NCBI GenBank assembly: GCA_016936815.1
Contig: JAFGXD010000098.1
Location: 12,987 to 76,986 of the forward strand
Direction: 5' to 3'
Length of the DNA stretch: 64,000 nucleotides
DNA from: Bacteroidales bacterium
Lineage (GTDB): Bacteria > Bacteroidota > Bacteroidia > Bacteroidales > GWF2-38-335
Both the position numbers and the translations under genes were made by a program. Positions 44,974 through 54,886 of this stretch are shown here, piece by piece. The notes beneath the pieces are model-generated. The model made no database searches. It saw nothing but the letters and a program-made list of their open reading frames with translations, and had not been told where the DNA came from. Positions within the stretch are counted from its first letter, which is position 1, and each line of letters begins with the position of its first letter.

Positions 44974-45429
44974 ATGCTTAAAGACATTATGGCTATTTCC
45001 GGAAAACCCGGCTTATACAAATTGGTTTCCCAATCGAGAAACGGAATTATTGTAGAATCTCTTGAAACTAAGAAGCGAATACCGGCTTATGCATCAGACA
45101 AAGTAAGTGCTTTGGAAGATATTGCTATTTATTCGGGCGATGAGGAAGTTCATTTAAAAGAGGTTTTTAAGCTGATTGCTGAAAAATACGACCACAAACA
45201 GTCTATAACCACAAAAGCATCCAACGATGAGATTAAGGCTGTTTTTGCGGAAATTCTTCCCGAATACGATAGAGAGAAGGTTTATGTTTCCGATATGAAA
45301 AAGGTTTTTAATTGGTATAACATTATTCAGGAATTTGTTGGTCTTGATTTTTCGGAAGCAGAAGAAAAGAAAGAGGAAGAAACTGTAGCCTCTGAATTAG
45401 AGCAAGTAGAAGAGAAAGAAGTAAAATAA
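44974..45429 (+). CDS. Conserved Bacteroidota protein (DUF5606-like) with acidic C-terminal tail
   Basis: ISGKPGLYKLVSQSRNGIIVESL N-terminus resembles DUF5606 proteins (recalled from memory). Ends in an E/K-rich tail. Confidence 0.45.
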   Translation: MLKDIMAISGKPGLYKLVSQSRNGIIVESLETKKRIPAYASDKVSALEDIAIYSGDEEVHLKEVFKLIAEKYDHKQSITTKASNDEIKAVFAEILPEYDREKVYVSDMKKVFNWYNIIQEFVGLDFSEAEEKKEEETVASELEQVEEKEVK

Positions 45430-45439
45430 GAAGTAAGAA

Positions 45440-46108
45440 TTAATTACCCTTTCGTTTAGTTTTCTTTGAAAAGGACATTTTCGATTCTTTTCCGGAAATT
45501 AGTTTTGAAATATTTTGCTGATGCGTAAGTGGCAGTAAAACAGCAATCATAATAGAAAAAATAAACAAGGGTTCAGAAACCGGTCCAAAAGCAAAAATTA
45601 CAAGCAAAGGGAAAGAAATAGCTGCAAAAATAGAACTCAAAGAAACGTATCTTGTTGTTAATAAGGTTAATAAAAAAACTCCGGTAGCAATTAATGTTAC
45701 TTCAGGATGAACTCCTATTCCAACCCCAAGAAGAGTTGCAACACCTTTTCCTCCTCTAAAACCTACATAAACAGGGAAAATATGTCCGCATAAAGCTCCA
45801 ATGGCCATCAAAATTTCGAGTTTAAAAAACTCCAAGGTTTCCGGAGCATACAAATGTGTAAACAAAGCAAGTTTTACGGCAATAAAACCTTTAAAAACAT
45901 CAACAATTAAAACCACTAATCCCGGAACAGTTCCTAAAACTCTAAGTGTATTAGTAGCTCCGGCATTTCCGCTTCCATGCTGACGAATATCGATGTTAAA
46001 AAAAATCTTCCCAATCCATACAGATGTTGGTATGGAACCTATCATGTAGGCCGCAATTATTAGAAGGATATTGTAAAAACCTTCTATGCCTGAGAAATAA
46101 TTCAACAT
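45440..46108 (-). CDS. plsY: Glycerol-3-phosphate acyltransferase PlsY
   Basis: HGSGNAGATNTLRVLG and FRGGKGVAT motifs in a multi-TM protein. Confidence 0.9.
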   Translation of the reverse strand: MLNYFSGIEGFYNILLIIAAYMIGSIPTSVWIGKIFFNIDIRQHGSGNAGATNTLRVLGTVPGLVVLIVDVFKGFIAVKLALFTHLYAPETLEFFKLEILMAIGALCGHIFPVYVGFRGGKGVATLLGVGIGVHPEVTLIATGVFLLTLLTTRYVSLSSIFAAISFPLLVIFAFGPVSEPLFIFSIMIAVLLPLTHQQNISKLISGKESKMSFSKKTKRKGN

Positions 46109-46176
46109 TAATTTTTAATTATTTTACGGCAAATGAAGTAAAAAAATACGGATTTTCAAAGTTTAGCACCCTTTGT

Positions 46177-48444
46177 TTAAAAAGTACTTAGCTCCTTATA
46201 TAATCTTTCAGGCTCCCTTAACAATCCCGGATTTTTGTCTAAATGAATAAGTCCCGGAATTGATAGCTGCATTACTTTTACAGATGGTTTTTCTTTGGGA
46301 TTATCGCTGCATTTGCACTTTGCAATCATTAACTTCCCTATAACTATTGCAAAAGAATCTATGTTTTTAGCTGATGAAAATAGGTTTGATACCGCCTGAT
46401 TAATTTCATCTTCTTTTGCATTTTTTCCAATTAAGGAAGTTTCCAACAAATCAATTTTTTCATAAACATCTCTTAGAGATAAAGATTCTCTGGAAATCCC
46501 CATTCTTTCATTAAAAGGTTCGGCTTTTTTGTCGGGGTTGTAAAAGTCGAACCCAAGCTCTTCAATAAGTTTCTTTAAACTCTCGAAAGCCTGATTTAAA
46601 ACTTTTTCACCTGTAGCTTCAAAAAATGAATATACAGGCATGTGTCGTTTTAACTTTCTGGTTTTGTAGGATGTATTTATTGAGTTAAATGAAATATACT
46701 CTCCAAAAGCATTTTGCAAAATGTAGATCTGACCTTTTAATCTGGCAACTTCATCTTTGTGTTCTCGTTCAAGATTTTTAATTTTGCTCTCGTAGTATGA
46801 GTAATATTGTTTCATATACTCATTCTTTGGACCGGCTGCAACTAAACGTTTTCCTTCATCGGTGTCGGTAAAATTCTCGAAATTTTCAATAAATTTTTCT
46901 GCAAGCATCTGAGCTTGCTTTACGTAAGAAGACTCATATTTCCATGTGTTTCTTGGATTTAGAATTGCCGAATTTACTCCGTTAACCTCCTTCGGAATAT
47001 TTAAACCAAATGTTGGTAATTCTATATATTCCGCATCGTCAAGGCTTCCATCCAAAATTGCTTTAATTATATTACGTGTAGATTCTAAATCTATTCTTTT
47101 TCCTACACCGTATGCTCCGCCAATCCAACCTGTATTAACCAAATATGCTGTTGCATTGTGTTCTTCCATTTTTGTAGCAAGTTCTTTAGCGTAAACAGTT
47201 GGATGAAGTAATAAAAAAGCAGCTCCAAATGCAGAAGAGAACGTTGGCATTGGTTCTTTTACTCCACGTTCTGTACCGGCCAACTTTGCTGTGTAACCAC
47301 TTAAAAAATAGTACATTGCCTGATCTCTTGAAAGCTTAGAAACGGGTGGAAAAACTCCAAAAGCATCTGCTGTTAAGAATATTATTTTCTTTGGATGTCC
47401 GCCTTTAGAAATAGGACGAACTATGTTGTTTATATGATCTATAGGATAACTTACTCTGGTATTTTCAGTTTTTGAAATGTCGGCAAAATTTATTTCTCCT
47501 GTTTTCTCATTAAAAACAACATTTTCCAAAAGTGCATTTTTTCTAATTGCTGCAAAAATGTCCGGTTCATTTTCTTTGCTAAGATTAATACATTTGGCAT
47601 AGCAACCACCTTCAAAATTAAAAATTCCATCTTCGTCCCAACCGTGCTCATCGTCGCCAATTAAGAATCTTTCGGGGTCGGCAGAAAGTGTAGTCTTTCC
47701 TGTTCCTGAAAGTCCGAAGAAAATAGCAGTATCACCATTTTTTCCCATATTTGCCGAACAATGCATTGCAGCAATACCTTTTAATGGAAGAAAATAATTC
47801 ATTATTGAAAAGAAACCTTTCTTTATTTCACCACCATACCATGTTCCACCAACAACCGACATTTTTTCTTTAAGGTTGAAGGCTACGTAAACATCTGAAT
47901 TTAAGCCATGTCGCTCCCAATCCTCGTTAACAGTCTTACAGGCATTTAGCATTACAAAATCGGGCTGAAAGTTCTTTAATTCTTCCTGACTTGGTCTAAT
48001 AAACATATTTTTTACAAAGTGCGATTGCCAGGCAACTTCCGAAATAACTCTTATTTTTAATCTTGTATCTTCATTAGCACCACAAAAAGCGTCTGTAACA
48101 TATAGTTTTTTGCCCGAAAGCTGTTTACACGAATTATCAACTAAATCGTTCCATACCTCTGTACTTATTGGCTTATTATCGGAATCCTTTCTTTTGGGAT
48201 CTGCCCACCAGATATTATTTTTCGACTCTTCTTCGTAAACTATATATTTATCTTTTGGCGAACGACCTGTAAAAATGCCCGTATCAACAGCTACAGCTCC
48301 CAGGTTTGTTACAAAACCTTTTTCAAAACCCTGTACTTTGCCACTGGTCTCATGTTCAAATAATTCATCGAAAGATAAGTTTCTATATACCTCAGTACAG
48401 TCGCTTATGCCATACTTTTCAAGGTCCTTAATGATTTTTTTCAT
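46177..48444 (-). CDS. pckA: ATP-dependent phosphoenolpyruvate carboxykinase fused to a 215-aa C-terminal domain of unknown function
   Basis: aa 1-540 (46825-48444) form a complete PckA ([19 protein letters not shown], ending LVAAGPK). aa 541-755 (46180-46824) continue in frame with an unrelated sequence. Confidence 0.9.
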   Translation of the reverse strand: MKKIIKDLEKYGISDCTEVYRNLSFDELFEHETSGKVQGFEKGFVTNLGAVAVDTGIFTGRSPKDKYIVYEEESKNNIWWADPKRKDSDNKPISTEVWNDLVDNSCKQLSGKKLYVTDAFCGANEDTRLKIRVISEVAWQSHFVKNMFIRPSQEELKNFQPDFVMLNACKTVNEDWERHGLNSDVYVAFNLKEKMSVVGGTWYGGEIKKGFFSIMNYFLPLKGIAAMHCSANMGKNGDTAIFFGLSGTGKTTLSADPERFLIGDDEHGWDEDGIFNFEGGCYAKCINLSKENEPDIFAAIRKNALLENVVFNEKTGEINFADISKTENTRVSYPIDHINNIVRPISKGGHPKKIIFLTADAFGVFPPVSKLSRDQAMYYFLSGYTAKLAGTERGVKEPMPTFSSAFGAAFLLLHPTVYAKELATKMEEHNATAYLVNTGWIGGAYGVGKRIDLESTRNIIKAILDGSLDDAEYIELPTFGLNIPKEVNGVNSAILNPRNTWKYESSYVKQAQMLAEKFIENFENFTDTDEGKRLVAAGPKNEYMKQYYSYYESKIKNLEREHKDEVARLKGQIYILQNAFGEYISFNSINTSYKTRKLKRHMPVYSFFEATGEKVLNQAFESLKKLIEELGFDFYNPDKKAEPFNERMGISRESLSLRDVYEKIDLLETSLIGKNAKEDEINQAVSNLFSSAKNIDSFAIVIGKLMIAKCKCSDNPKEKPSVKVMQLSIPGLIHLDKNPGLLREPERLYKELSTF

Positions 48445-48498
48445 AGTAGAAAAGGATATTTTCTGATATTATAAAGTAAAAGATTGTAATAAAGACTA

Positions 48499-48506
48499 CA
48501 AAGATA
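48499..48506 (-). promoter_or_regulatory. Candidate -7 promoter box for pckA
   Basis: Plus-strand CAAAGATA is TATCTTTG on the minus strand, 55 nt upstream of the ATG (48444). Confidence 0.35.
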
Positions 48507-48576
48507 TAGCTTATTATAATAGTAGCAATGTGTTTTTCAATACAGTACTTTCGTTATTTTATGACCATTGTTTTTA

Positions 48577-48584
48577 TAATTTTG
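48577..48584 (+). promoter_or_regulatory. Bacteroidota-type -7 promoter box for mnmD
   Basis: TAATTTTG, 12 nt upstream of the internal ATG at 48596 and inside the longer listed ORF. This argues for the shorter start. Confidence 0.4.
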
Positions 48585-48595
48585 CAAATAATATT

Positions 48596-49261
48596 ATGCA
48601 TACAGAACTAATTTTTACAGAAGACGGATCTCATACTTTGTTTGTTCCTGAATTAAATGAGCATTTTCATTCAATTCATGGAGCAATACAGGAATCGCTT
48701 CATGTTTTTATTGAAGCTGGATTAAAATCAATTTCAAATTCCAAAATAAAAATCCTTGAAATTGGCTTCGGCACAGGTCTTAATGCTTTGCTCACACTTC
48801 ACTATGGAAGTAATAATAACTTGAATATTGAATATCATTCAGTTGAATTTTACCCTATTTCTTTAAACAAAATTGAACAACTTAATTATACTGATTTTTT
48901 TCCATTGAGATATATAGAGCTCTTCCGATTAATGCATATTTGCGCATGGAATTCTTTGGTTGAAATTGAGGAAAATTTTAGTTTGAAAAAGATAAATGCC
49001 AGTTTTATTGATTTTACTGCAAACGACAAATACGATTTAATTTATTTTGATGCTTTCGGACCCGATAAACAACCTGAAATGTGGTCAGAAAAATTAATGC
49101 AGAAATTATTTGACTGTCTTAATGAAAGCGGAATTTTAACAACCTATTCCGCAAAAGGTCAGGTTAAAAGAAATTTGAAAAACGCCGGTTTTGAAATTGA
49201 ACTAATTCCAGGACCTCCCGGTAAAAGAGAAATGATAAGGGCAATAAAACCAAAAAATTAA
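48596..49261 (+). CDS. mnmD: tRNA (5-methylaminomethyl-2-thiouridine)(34)-methyltransferase (MnmC methyltransferase-domain type)
   Basis: TEDGSHTLFVPELNEHFHSIHGA, ILEIGFGTGLN SAM motif and YFDAFGPDKQPEMW. Confidence 0.7.
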   Translation: MHTELIFTEDGSHTLFVPELNEHFHSIHGAIQESLHVFIEAGLKSISNSKIKILEIGFGTGLNALLTLHYGSNNNLNIEYHSVEFYPISLNKIEQLNYTDFFPLRYIELFRLMHICAWNSLVEIEENFSLKKINASFIDFTANDKYDLIYFDAFGPDKQPEMWSEKLMQKLFDCLNESGILTTYSAKGQVKRNLKNAGFEIELIPGPPGKREMIRAIKPKN

Positions 49262-49500
49262 CTGTTCATTGTTTCATCCTTTTTCTTATCCGAAGAAGAA
49301 TCTGTTAAAAACAATTTGTTTATTGCAAGTACAACAAGAGCTCCTAAAATAACCGCTAATAAGGAAAGAATAACATTATTGAACATTTTATTGGCGTTTA
49401 TTTCAATTAATCCCCAAATTGCCAAAACAGCAACTATTGTTACCGTAAGTACTGTGCCAATAAGTATGTAGGAAATAAAAAGTTTAATATTCTTGTTCAT
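49258..49500 (-). CDS. Small membrane protein, unknown function
   Basis: 80 aa with two hydrophobic helices. Lies 18 nt downstream of the ABC ATPase gene on the same strand. Confidence 0.4.
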   Translation of the reverse strand: MNKNIKLFISYILIGTVLTVTIVAVLAIWGLIEINANKMFNNVILSLLAVILGALVVLAINKLFLTDSSSDKKKDETMNS

Positions 49501-49518
49501 AGATTTGTTTTTTTATTT

Positions 49519-50523
49519 CTACAAATTTATTCTTTTTATTTGTCTTAGCAAATCGTAAATTGATGAAAATTCTACATTTTCGTTATTTGGAATTTTCAAA
49601 ATAAATCCGTTATTAACCCCATTAACTATTTGAACCTCAGAAATCCCTTCCTTTGTGCTAACTGAAAAACCTATTCTTTCGATAGCTTTTTTTGTCCAAA
49701 AATATTTATTTCCTTCTCCTGAAAGCTTAATTTCTTTGGAACTTTCTTTTCTTTCTAAAAAAATTCCGGATTCCGGGTTAAACAATAAATCTTCAGATGA
49801 AAAAACCTCTTCCAATAATCCGCTTAATACCATGTCTTCAGGTGCACCTTCGCTTATGGAAGAATTATTTATTATCCAAAGCTTGTCGGCAACCTGCATT
49901 AAATTCCCTAAATCGTGAGATGAGAATAATATTGCTTTTTCTTTTTCTAAGCATAATCTCTTTAACAGATGTATTATTTCATATCTGTTTTTAATATCTA
50001 AAAAGGCAGTGGGTTCGTCAAGTATTATTATTGGCGTATCTTGTGCCAAAGCTCTGGCAATTGAGGCTCTTTGTCTCTCTCCATCACTTAGTTGCATTAT
50101 TTTTCTATTCATTAGCTTTTCAAGTCCAACTTGCCATAAAGCTTCTTCAACAATACTTTTATCTTTACCGCTTAGTTTTCCATTCCATCCGGTGTAAGGG
50201 TAACGTCCAATTGCAACCAGCTCATAAACAATCATTTCGCTAACCCTAATATGCTCAGTAGAAACATAACTGCATAAAAGTGCAACTCTATTTGAATCAA
50301 GTAGTTTAATATTTTTTCCTTCGAAAAGAACCTGTCCTTCTAATGGATTATTTAGCTTTAGTAATGTTTTTAAAAATGTGCTTTTTCCTATTCCGTTTAG
50401 CCCTATAAGTCCAGTTAATTCGCCCTTTTTTAAGGTTAAATTAATGCCATCGGCTAAAATACCGGTTTCTTTATAACCAATAGCTAAATTCTTAATTTCC
50501 AGTATGTTATTTTCAGCTTTCAA
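49519..50523 (-). CDS. ABC transporter ATP-binding protein (FecE/BtuD-like) with ~80-aa C-terminal extension
   Basis: GLNGIGKST Walker A, LSDGERQRASIARAL signature, IIILDEPT Walker B. At 334 aa it is longer than the usual roughly 255-270 aa for this class. Confidence 0.8.
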   Translation of the reverse strand: MKAENNILEIKNLAIGYKETGILADGINLTLKKGELTGLIGLNGIGKSTFLKTLLKLNNPLEGQVLFEGKNIKLLDSNRVALLCSYVSTEHIRVSEMIVYELVAIGRYPYTGWNGKLSGKDKSIVEEALWQVGLEKLMNRKIMQLSDGERQRASIARALAQDTPIIILDEPTAFLDIKNRYEIIHLLKRLCLEKEKAILFSSHDLGNLMQVADKLWIINNSSISEGAPEDMVLSGLLEEVFSSEDLLFNPESGIFLERKESSKEIKLSGEGNKYFWTKKAIERIGFSVSTKEGISEVQIVNGVNNGFILKIPNNENVEFSSIYDLLRQIKRINL

Positions 50524-51571
50524 ATTTAAATTTCTTAATTACCAAATAAATAATTACAGGCACTCCAATAATAGCAGTAACCGAGTTAATGGGTAAGACC
50601 GTATCGCTTCCGGGAATCCTAGATAATAAATCCGACATTAGCATAAACAAGGCTCCAATAAGTGAACTTCCCCAAATTAGGGTAAAAACATTTGAAGTGC
50701 GAAAAATAATCCTAGCAATATGAGGAACCACAATACCAACAAAACCAATTGGACCACAAAAAGCTGTAACAGTTCCGGCTAAAATTGAAGCTCCTGCAAA
50801 GACTAATATTCTAGCTTTTAAAACATTAACACCCATAGATTTAGCGTAGTTTTCGCCCAAAAGAAGTGCGTTTAGCATTTTGGCAGATAGAATTGAAAGA
50901 AACAAACCAATAATTACAGAAGGTAATAAAACAGCCAGTTGCGATTTTGTTACACCACCAAGACTTCCCATTGTCCAAACCACATAAGACTTTAAGGATT
51001 GCTGATCGCTAAAAAACTGAAGAATATTTACAAGTGAGGAAATTGCTGCTCCAAACATAATTCCAAGAATTAAAACGGTTAATACGTCTTTAACTCTTAT
51101 AGAAACAAGTAAAACGAGGAAAAGAACAATTCCAGATCCCAGCCATGCCGCCAAAACCATAGCCCAATTTCCAAGAAAAGAAAAATTTGTTTCATTAAAT
51201 AACCAACCCGAACTTAAAAGCAATATTGCAACTCCCAAGCCTGCACCGGAACTAATTCCCAAAACATAAGGACCGGCAAGTGGATTTCTAAAAATTGCTT
51301 GCATTTGCAAACCACTTACTGCCAGCGCAATACCTACAACAATTGCAGTTATTATTTTTGGAAGTCGAAAATCAGCAATTATGGTTGTGTTTGCTTCATT
51401 TTCTGAAATTCCTAAAAACACGATATTAAAAATTTCTTTAAATGAAATGCTTACTGAGCCAATAAATAACTCAATAAAAAACATAGTAATCAGCATTATA
51501 ATTAGTAAAGCCGAAACAATTATTAATCTCTTATTTGCTGAATATTTCAATTTTATAAAAACTTTGCACAA
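50513..51571 (-). CDS. Iron-siderophore/cobalamin-type ABC permease (FecCD/BtuC family)
   Basis: About 9 TM segments. RNPLAGPYVLGISSGAG and LLLGENYAKSMGVNV motifs. Confidence 0.8.
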   Translation of the reverse strand: MCKVFIKLKYSANKRLIIVSALLIIMLITMFFIELFIGSVSISFKEIFNIVFLGISENEANTTIIADFRLPKIITAIVVGIALAVSGLQMQAIFRNPLAGPYVLGISSGAGLGVAILLLSSGWLFNETNFSFLGNWAMVLAAWLGSGIVLFLVLLVSIRVKDVLTVLILGIMFGAAISSLVNILQFFSDQQSLKSYVVWTMGSLGGVTKSQLAVLLPSVIIGLFLSILSAKMLNALLLGENYAKSMGVNVLKARILVFAGASILAGTVTAFCGPIGFVGIVVPHIARIIFRTSNVFTLIWGSSLIGALFMLMSDLLSRIPGSDTVLPINSVTAIIGVPVIIYLVIKKFKFES

Positions 51572-51613
51572 AAGTAAGAAAAAACCTCAGTTTTTTTTAG
51601 TTAGTAAGTTTCT

Positions 51614-51621
51614 TAGCTTTG
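51614..51621 (+). promoter_or_regulatory. Bacteroidota-type -7 promoter box for asnB
   Basis: TAGCTTTG, 23 nt upstream of the ATG at 51644. Confidence 0.45.
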
Positions 51622-51643
51622 CAAAAAATAAAAACCAAATTTT

Positions 51644-53527
51644 ATGTGCGGCATTGCAGGTATTTATTCTTTTAATAATTCTGTTGAAGACCACAAAAAC
51701 AAGATGAATCAAGCTCTTGTTCAGCTTGGCAAAAGAGGCCCCGATGCAAAAGGAATTTATCAATTCAACAAGATAATTCTTGGACATACAAGACTTTCTG
51801 TAATAGACACTTCCGAGGCTGCCAATCAACCATTTTCCGATGAAACAGGAAATTATACTATTGTTTTTAATGGGGAATTTTATAACTATCGCGAAGAAAG
51901 AAAAATTCTTGAGCAAAAAGGATATAATTTCTTAACAGCCTCAGATACAGAAGTACTGTTAAAAATGTACATTTGTTATGGAGTAAAAGCTTTTGAAAAA
52001 ATTAATGGTTGCTTTGCATTTGGAATATACGATAAATTACAAGAAAAACTTATTCTTGTAAGAGACCGTTTCGGAATAAATCCTCTATGTTACTACATTA
52101 ATAACGAAAAACTAATTTTTGCTTCCGAAATTAAGGCTTTGGTCGCTTTAGGGATTCCAAAAAAAATTGATAACAGTTCCCTAAGATTATTTTTTAACCT
52201 CAATTATATTCCTTCTCCTCATACAATTTACGAGAATACTTATAAACTGGAGCCCGGAAATTATTTGGAAGTAATTAATAATAAAATTGAAAAGCATTCA
52301 TATTATTCAATTAATTACACAACACCAGCAAATTTTTCAGGAAATTACGATGATGCAAAAATAAAAATTATTGAATTGCTTGATGAAGCTGTAAGAAAAA
52401 GACTTGTTGCCGATGTTCCTTTAGGAGCTTTTCTTTCCGGAGGTATAGATTCATCGGTAATAACTGCTTTGGCTTCACGTCATACTTCCCGACTAAAAAC
52501 TTTTTCTATTGGATATTCTGACGAACCATTTTTTGACGAAACAAAATATGCCGAAATTGTTGCCGAAAAATTTAAAACCGACCATAAAACCTTTAAACTT
52601 AATAATTCAGATTTATTTTCTGAGCTTTTTAATTACTTAGATTATATTGATGAACCTTTTGCAGATTCATCGGGACTTGCTGTTTATCTTCTAAGTAAAA
52701 AGACAAGAAAACATGTAACTGTTGCACTTTCTGGCGACGGTGCCGACGAGCTTTTTGCAGGTTATTACAAACATAAAGCACATTTCTTGGCATCTAAAGA
52801 CAGTTTTGCAAATTATTTACTCAAGTTTTCTTCTCCTGTTCTTTCTATTTTACCTTCATCAAGAAATTCCGCTGTATTAAACAGAATTCGTCAGCTTAAA
52901 AGGTATTCAAAAGGATTACAATTAACTGAAAAGGAAAGATATTGGAATTGGTGTTGTTTAATGAGCGACAAACAAAGCGAAAATCTTATTTTGAACAAGA
53001 ATTTTACTGATTTTGCATCAAGAAAATCAGCAATAATAAGGGAAATTGACAAAAACGGAGATATTAATAAAATACTGCTTTCTGATGTTAAATTGCTTTT
53101 ACCCGGCGATATGCTTACAAAAACCGATATGTCATCAATGGCCAACAGTCTTGAGGTTAGAACTCCATTTCTAGATCATAATCTGGTTAATTTTACTTTT
53201 TCACTTCCTTCCTCTTTTAAAATAAATTCATCTTTAAAGAAAAGAATTCTTCAGGACAGTTTCCGGCAAATTCTTCCGCAGGAATTATACAATCGTCCAA
53301 AACATGGCTTCGAGGTTCCTTTGTTAAAATGGCTGAGAACAGAACTTCAACCGATAATTAACAACGATTTACTTAATATCGACTTTATTGCAAGTCAGAA
53401 TTTGTTCAATTTTAAATATGTTGAAAGATTAAAAAAGCAAATAAAAAGCGGCAATCCGGGTGAAGCAACGGCTAATATTTGGGCTTTATTGGTTTTTCAG
53501 TATTGGTGGAAAAAATACCAAAGTTAA
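51644..53527 (+). CDS. asnB: Asparagine synthase (glutamine-hydrolysing), EPS-locus associated
   Basis: MCGIAG N-terminal nucleophile, FNGEFYNY, and the PP-loop FLSGGIDSS. Confidence 0.85.
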   Translation: MCGIAGIYSFNNSVEDHKNKMNQALVQLGKRGPDAKGIYQFNKIILGHTRLSVIDTSEAANQPFSDETGNYTIVFNGEFYNYREERKILEQKGYNFLTASDTEVLLKMYICYGVKAFEKINGCFAFGIYDKLQEKLILVRDRFGINPLCYYINNEKLIFASEIKALVALGIPKKIDNSSLRLFFNLNYIPSPHTIYENTYKLEPGNYLEVINNKIEKHSYYSINYTTPANFSGNYDDAKIKIIELLDEAVRKRLVADVPLGAFLSGGIDSSVITALASRHTSRLKTFSIGYSDEPFFDETKYAEIVAEKFKTDHKTFKLNNSDLFSELFNYLDYIDEPFADSSGLAVYLLSKKTRKHVTVALSGDGADELFAGYYKHKAHFLASKDSFANYLLKFSSPVLSILPSSRNSAVLNRIRQLKRYSKGLQLTEKERYWNWCCLMSDKQSENLILNKNFTDFASRKSAIIREIDKNGDINKILLSDVKLLLPGDMLTKTDMSSMANSLEVRTPFLDHNLVNFTFSLPSSFKINSSLKKRILQDSFRQILPQELYNRPKHGFEVPLLKWLRTELQPIINNDLLNIDFIASQNLFNFKYVERLKKQIKSGNPGEATANIWALLVFQYWWKKYQS

Positions 53528-53631
53528 TCAACAAACAACATAGACTTATAATTATTTTAACAACTTTTATTTTTCTTTGCACTATAAAAGAAGAAGAAGA
53601 CCAAATTAAGTAATAAAACTAAATAACGTCG

Positions 53632-54828
53632 ATGCCAAGAGTATTGCGAATTATTAACAGATTTAACCTGGGAGGGCCGACTTATAACGCAGCAAACCTA
53701 ACCAAGTATATGGAGCCGGAGTTTGAAACTTTGTTGCTTGGAGGTATGCGCGACGAAACCGAAGACAGCTCAGAATTTATTTTAGATAATTTAGGAATTT
53801 CACCCATAATTATTGACGAAATGCGTAGGGAGATAAGTCCTAAAAACGACTTGATAGCCTATAAAAAAATAAAGAAAATAATAAAGGAATTTAAACCGGA
53901 TATTGTTCATACACATGCAGCAAAGGCCGGTACAATAGGACGATTAGCAGCTTACAATTGTAAGGTTCCTGTCGTTGTTCATACTTTTCACGGACATGTT
54001 TTTCATTCATACTTTAATTCTTATAAGTCTAGTATTTTCAAGAAGATAGAGAGAAATTTGGCCAAAAAGACAAATATGATTATTGCCGTAAGTGAAAATC
54101 AAAGACTTGAATTAGCAAATACATACAAAATTACTGCTCTAGATAAAATAAGAGTTATTCCTCTTGGTTTCAACCTTTCGCGTTTTAGAGAAAATATGGA
54201 TAAAAAGAGACTTGAATTTAGAGAAACTTATAGAATTCAAGACGATGAAATAGCCATAGGAATAGTTGGAAGACTTGTACCTATTAAGAATCACAACTTC
54301 TTCTTAGATGCAATTCAAAGATTAAGAATGAAATCCAACAAAAAAATACGAGTTTTCGTTGTTGGCGATGGTGAAAGCCGAGAAAGTTTACTAACAAAAG
54401 CCGAAGAATTAAATCTTGATTACGTTTGTAATGGACAATCAAAGCTGCGTTCGGCAACTGTAACTTTTACTTCTTGGATAAAAGAGGTAGATTATGTTTA
54501 TGCCGGAATGGATATTATTGCCCTAACATCGCTAAATGAAGGAACACCCGTTAGTTTAATTGAAGCACAAGCCGCCGGCAAAGCAATTATTAGTACAAAT
54601 GTTGGGGGAATTGAAAATATTGTTATCCCGGGAGAAACTGCTCTTCTAACAAACAATGGAAATATTAAAGAATTCTCCACTAAACTTATAGAGCTGGTTA
54701 ACAACGACTTACTTAGAGAATCTATAGCAGGAAAAGGATGGGATTATGTTAGAGAGAGATTTCATTTCGAAACATTGGTTGGCAATATGAAAAACCTTTA
54801 CTACGAATTATTAAACTCCAAAACTTAA
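53632..54828 (+). CDS. Glycosyltransferase family 4 (GT-B, GT1/GT4 type)
   Basis: GGPTYNAANL, HTHAAKAG and EGTPVSLIEAQAAGKAIISTNVGG (E..7..E region). Confidence 0.8.
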   Translation: MPRVLRIINRFNLGGPTYNAANLTKYMEPEFETLLLGGMRDETEDSSEFILDNLGISPIIIDEMRREISPKNDLIAYKKIKKIIKEFKPDIVHTHAAKAGTIGRLAAYNCKVPVVVHTFHGHVFHSYFNSYKSSIFKKIERNLAKKTNMIIAVSENQRLELANTYKITALDKIRVIPLGFNLSRFRENMDKKRLEFRETYRIQDDEIAIGIVGRLVPIKNHNFFLDAIQRLRMKSNKKIRVFVVGDGESRESLLTKAEELNLDYVCNGQSKLRSATVTFTSWIKEVDYVYAGMDIIALTSLNEGTPVSLIEAQAAGKAIISTNVGGIENIVIPGETALLTNNGNIKEFSTKLIELVNNDLLRESIAGKGWDYVRERFHFETLVGNMKNLYYELLNSKT

Positions 54829-54856
54829 TAATTGTCCTTACTTAAAAAAAAATCTT

Positions 54857-54864
54857 TATCTTTG
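54857..54864 (+). promoter_or_regulatory. Bacteroidota-type -7 promoter box for the wza-wzc block
   Basis: TATCTTTG, 23 nt upstream of the ATG at 54887. Confidence 0.45.
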
Positions 54865-54886
54865 ACCTTGTATTTTATAAGTTATA

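Noticed and set aside
51381-51916. Two listed ORFs (51381-51707 plus strand, 51587-51916 minus strand) across the permease/asnB divergent region.
   Set aside because: They overlap the N-termini of the FecCD permease and AsnB (MCGIAG start with a TAGCTTTG box 23 nt upstream), and they have no motifs.
6720-53527. Possible lasso-peptide gene cluster (B2-like protease plus asparagine-synthetase-like cyclase).
   Set aside because: The two genes are about 44 kb apart with housekeeping genes between them. The AsnB homolog has an intact glutaminase N-terminus and sits in a GT4/Wza/Wzc EPS locus. I found no B1/PqqD, precursor-like ORF or exporter next to either gene.
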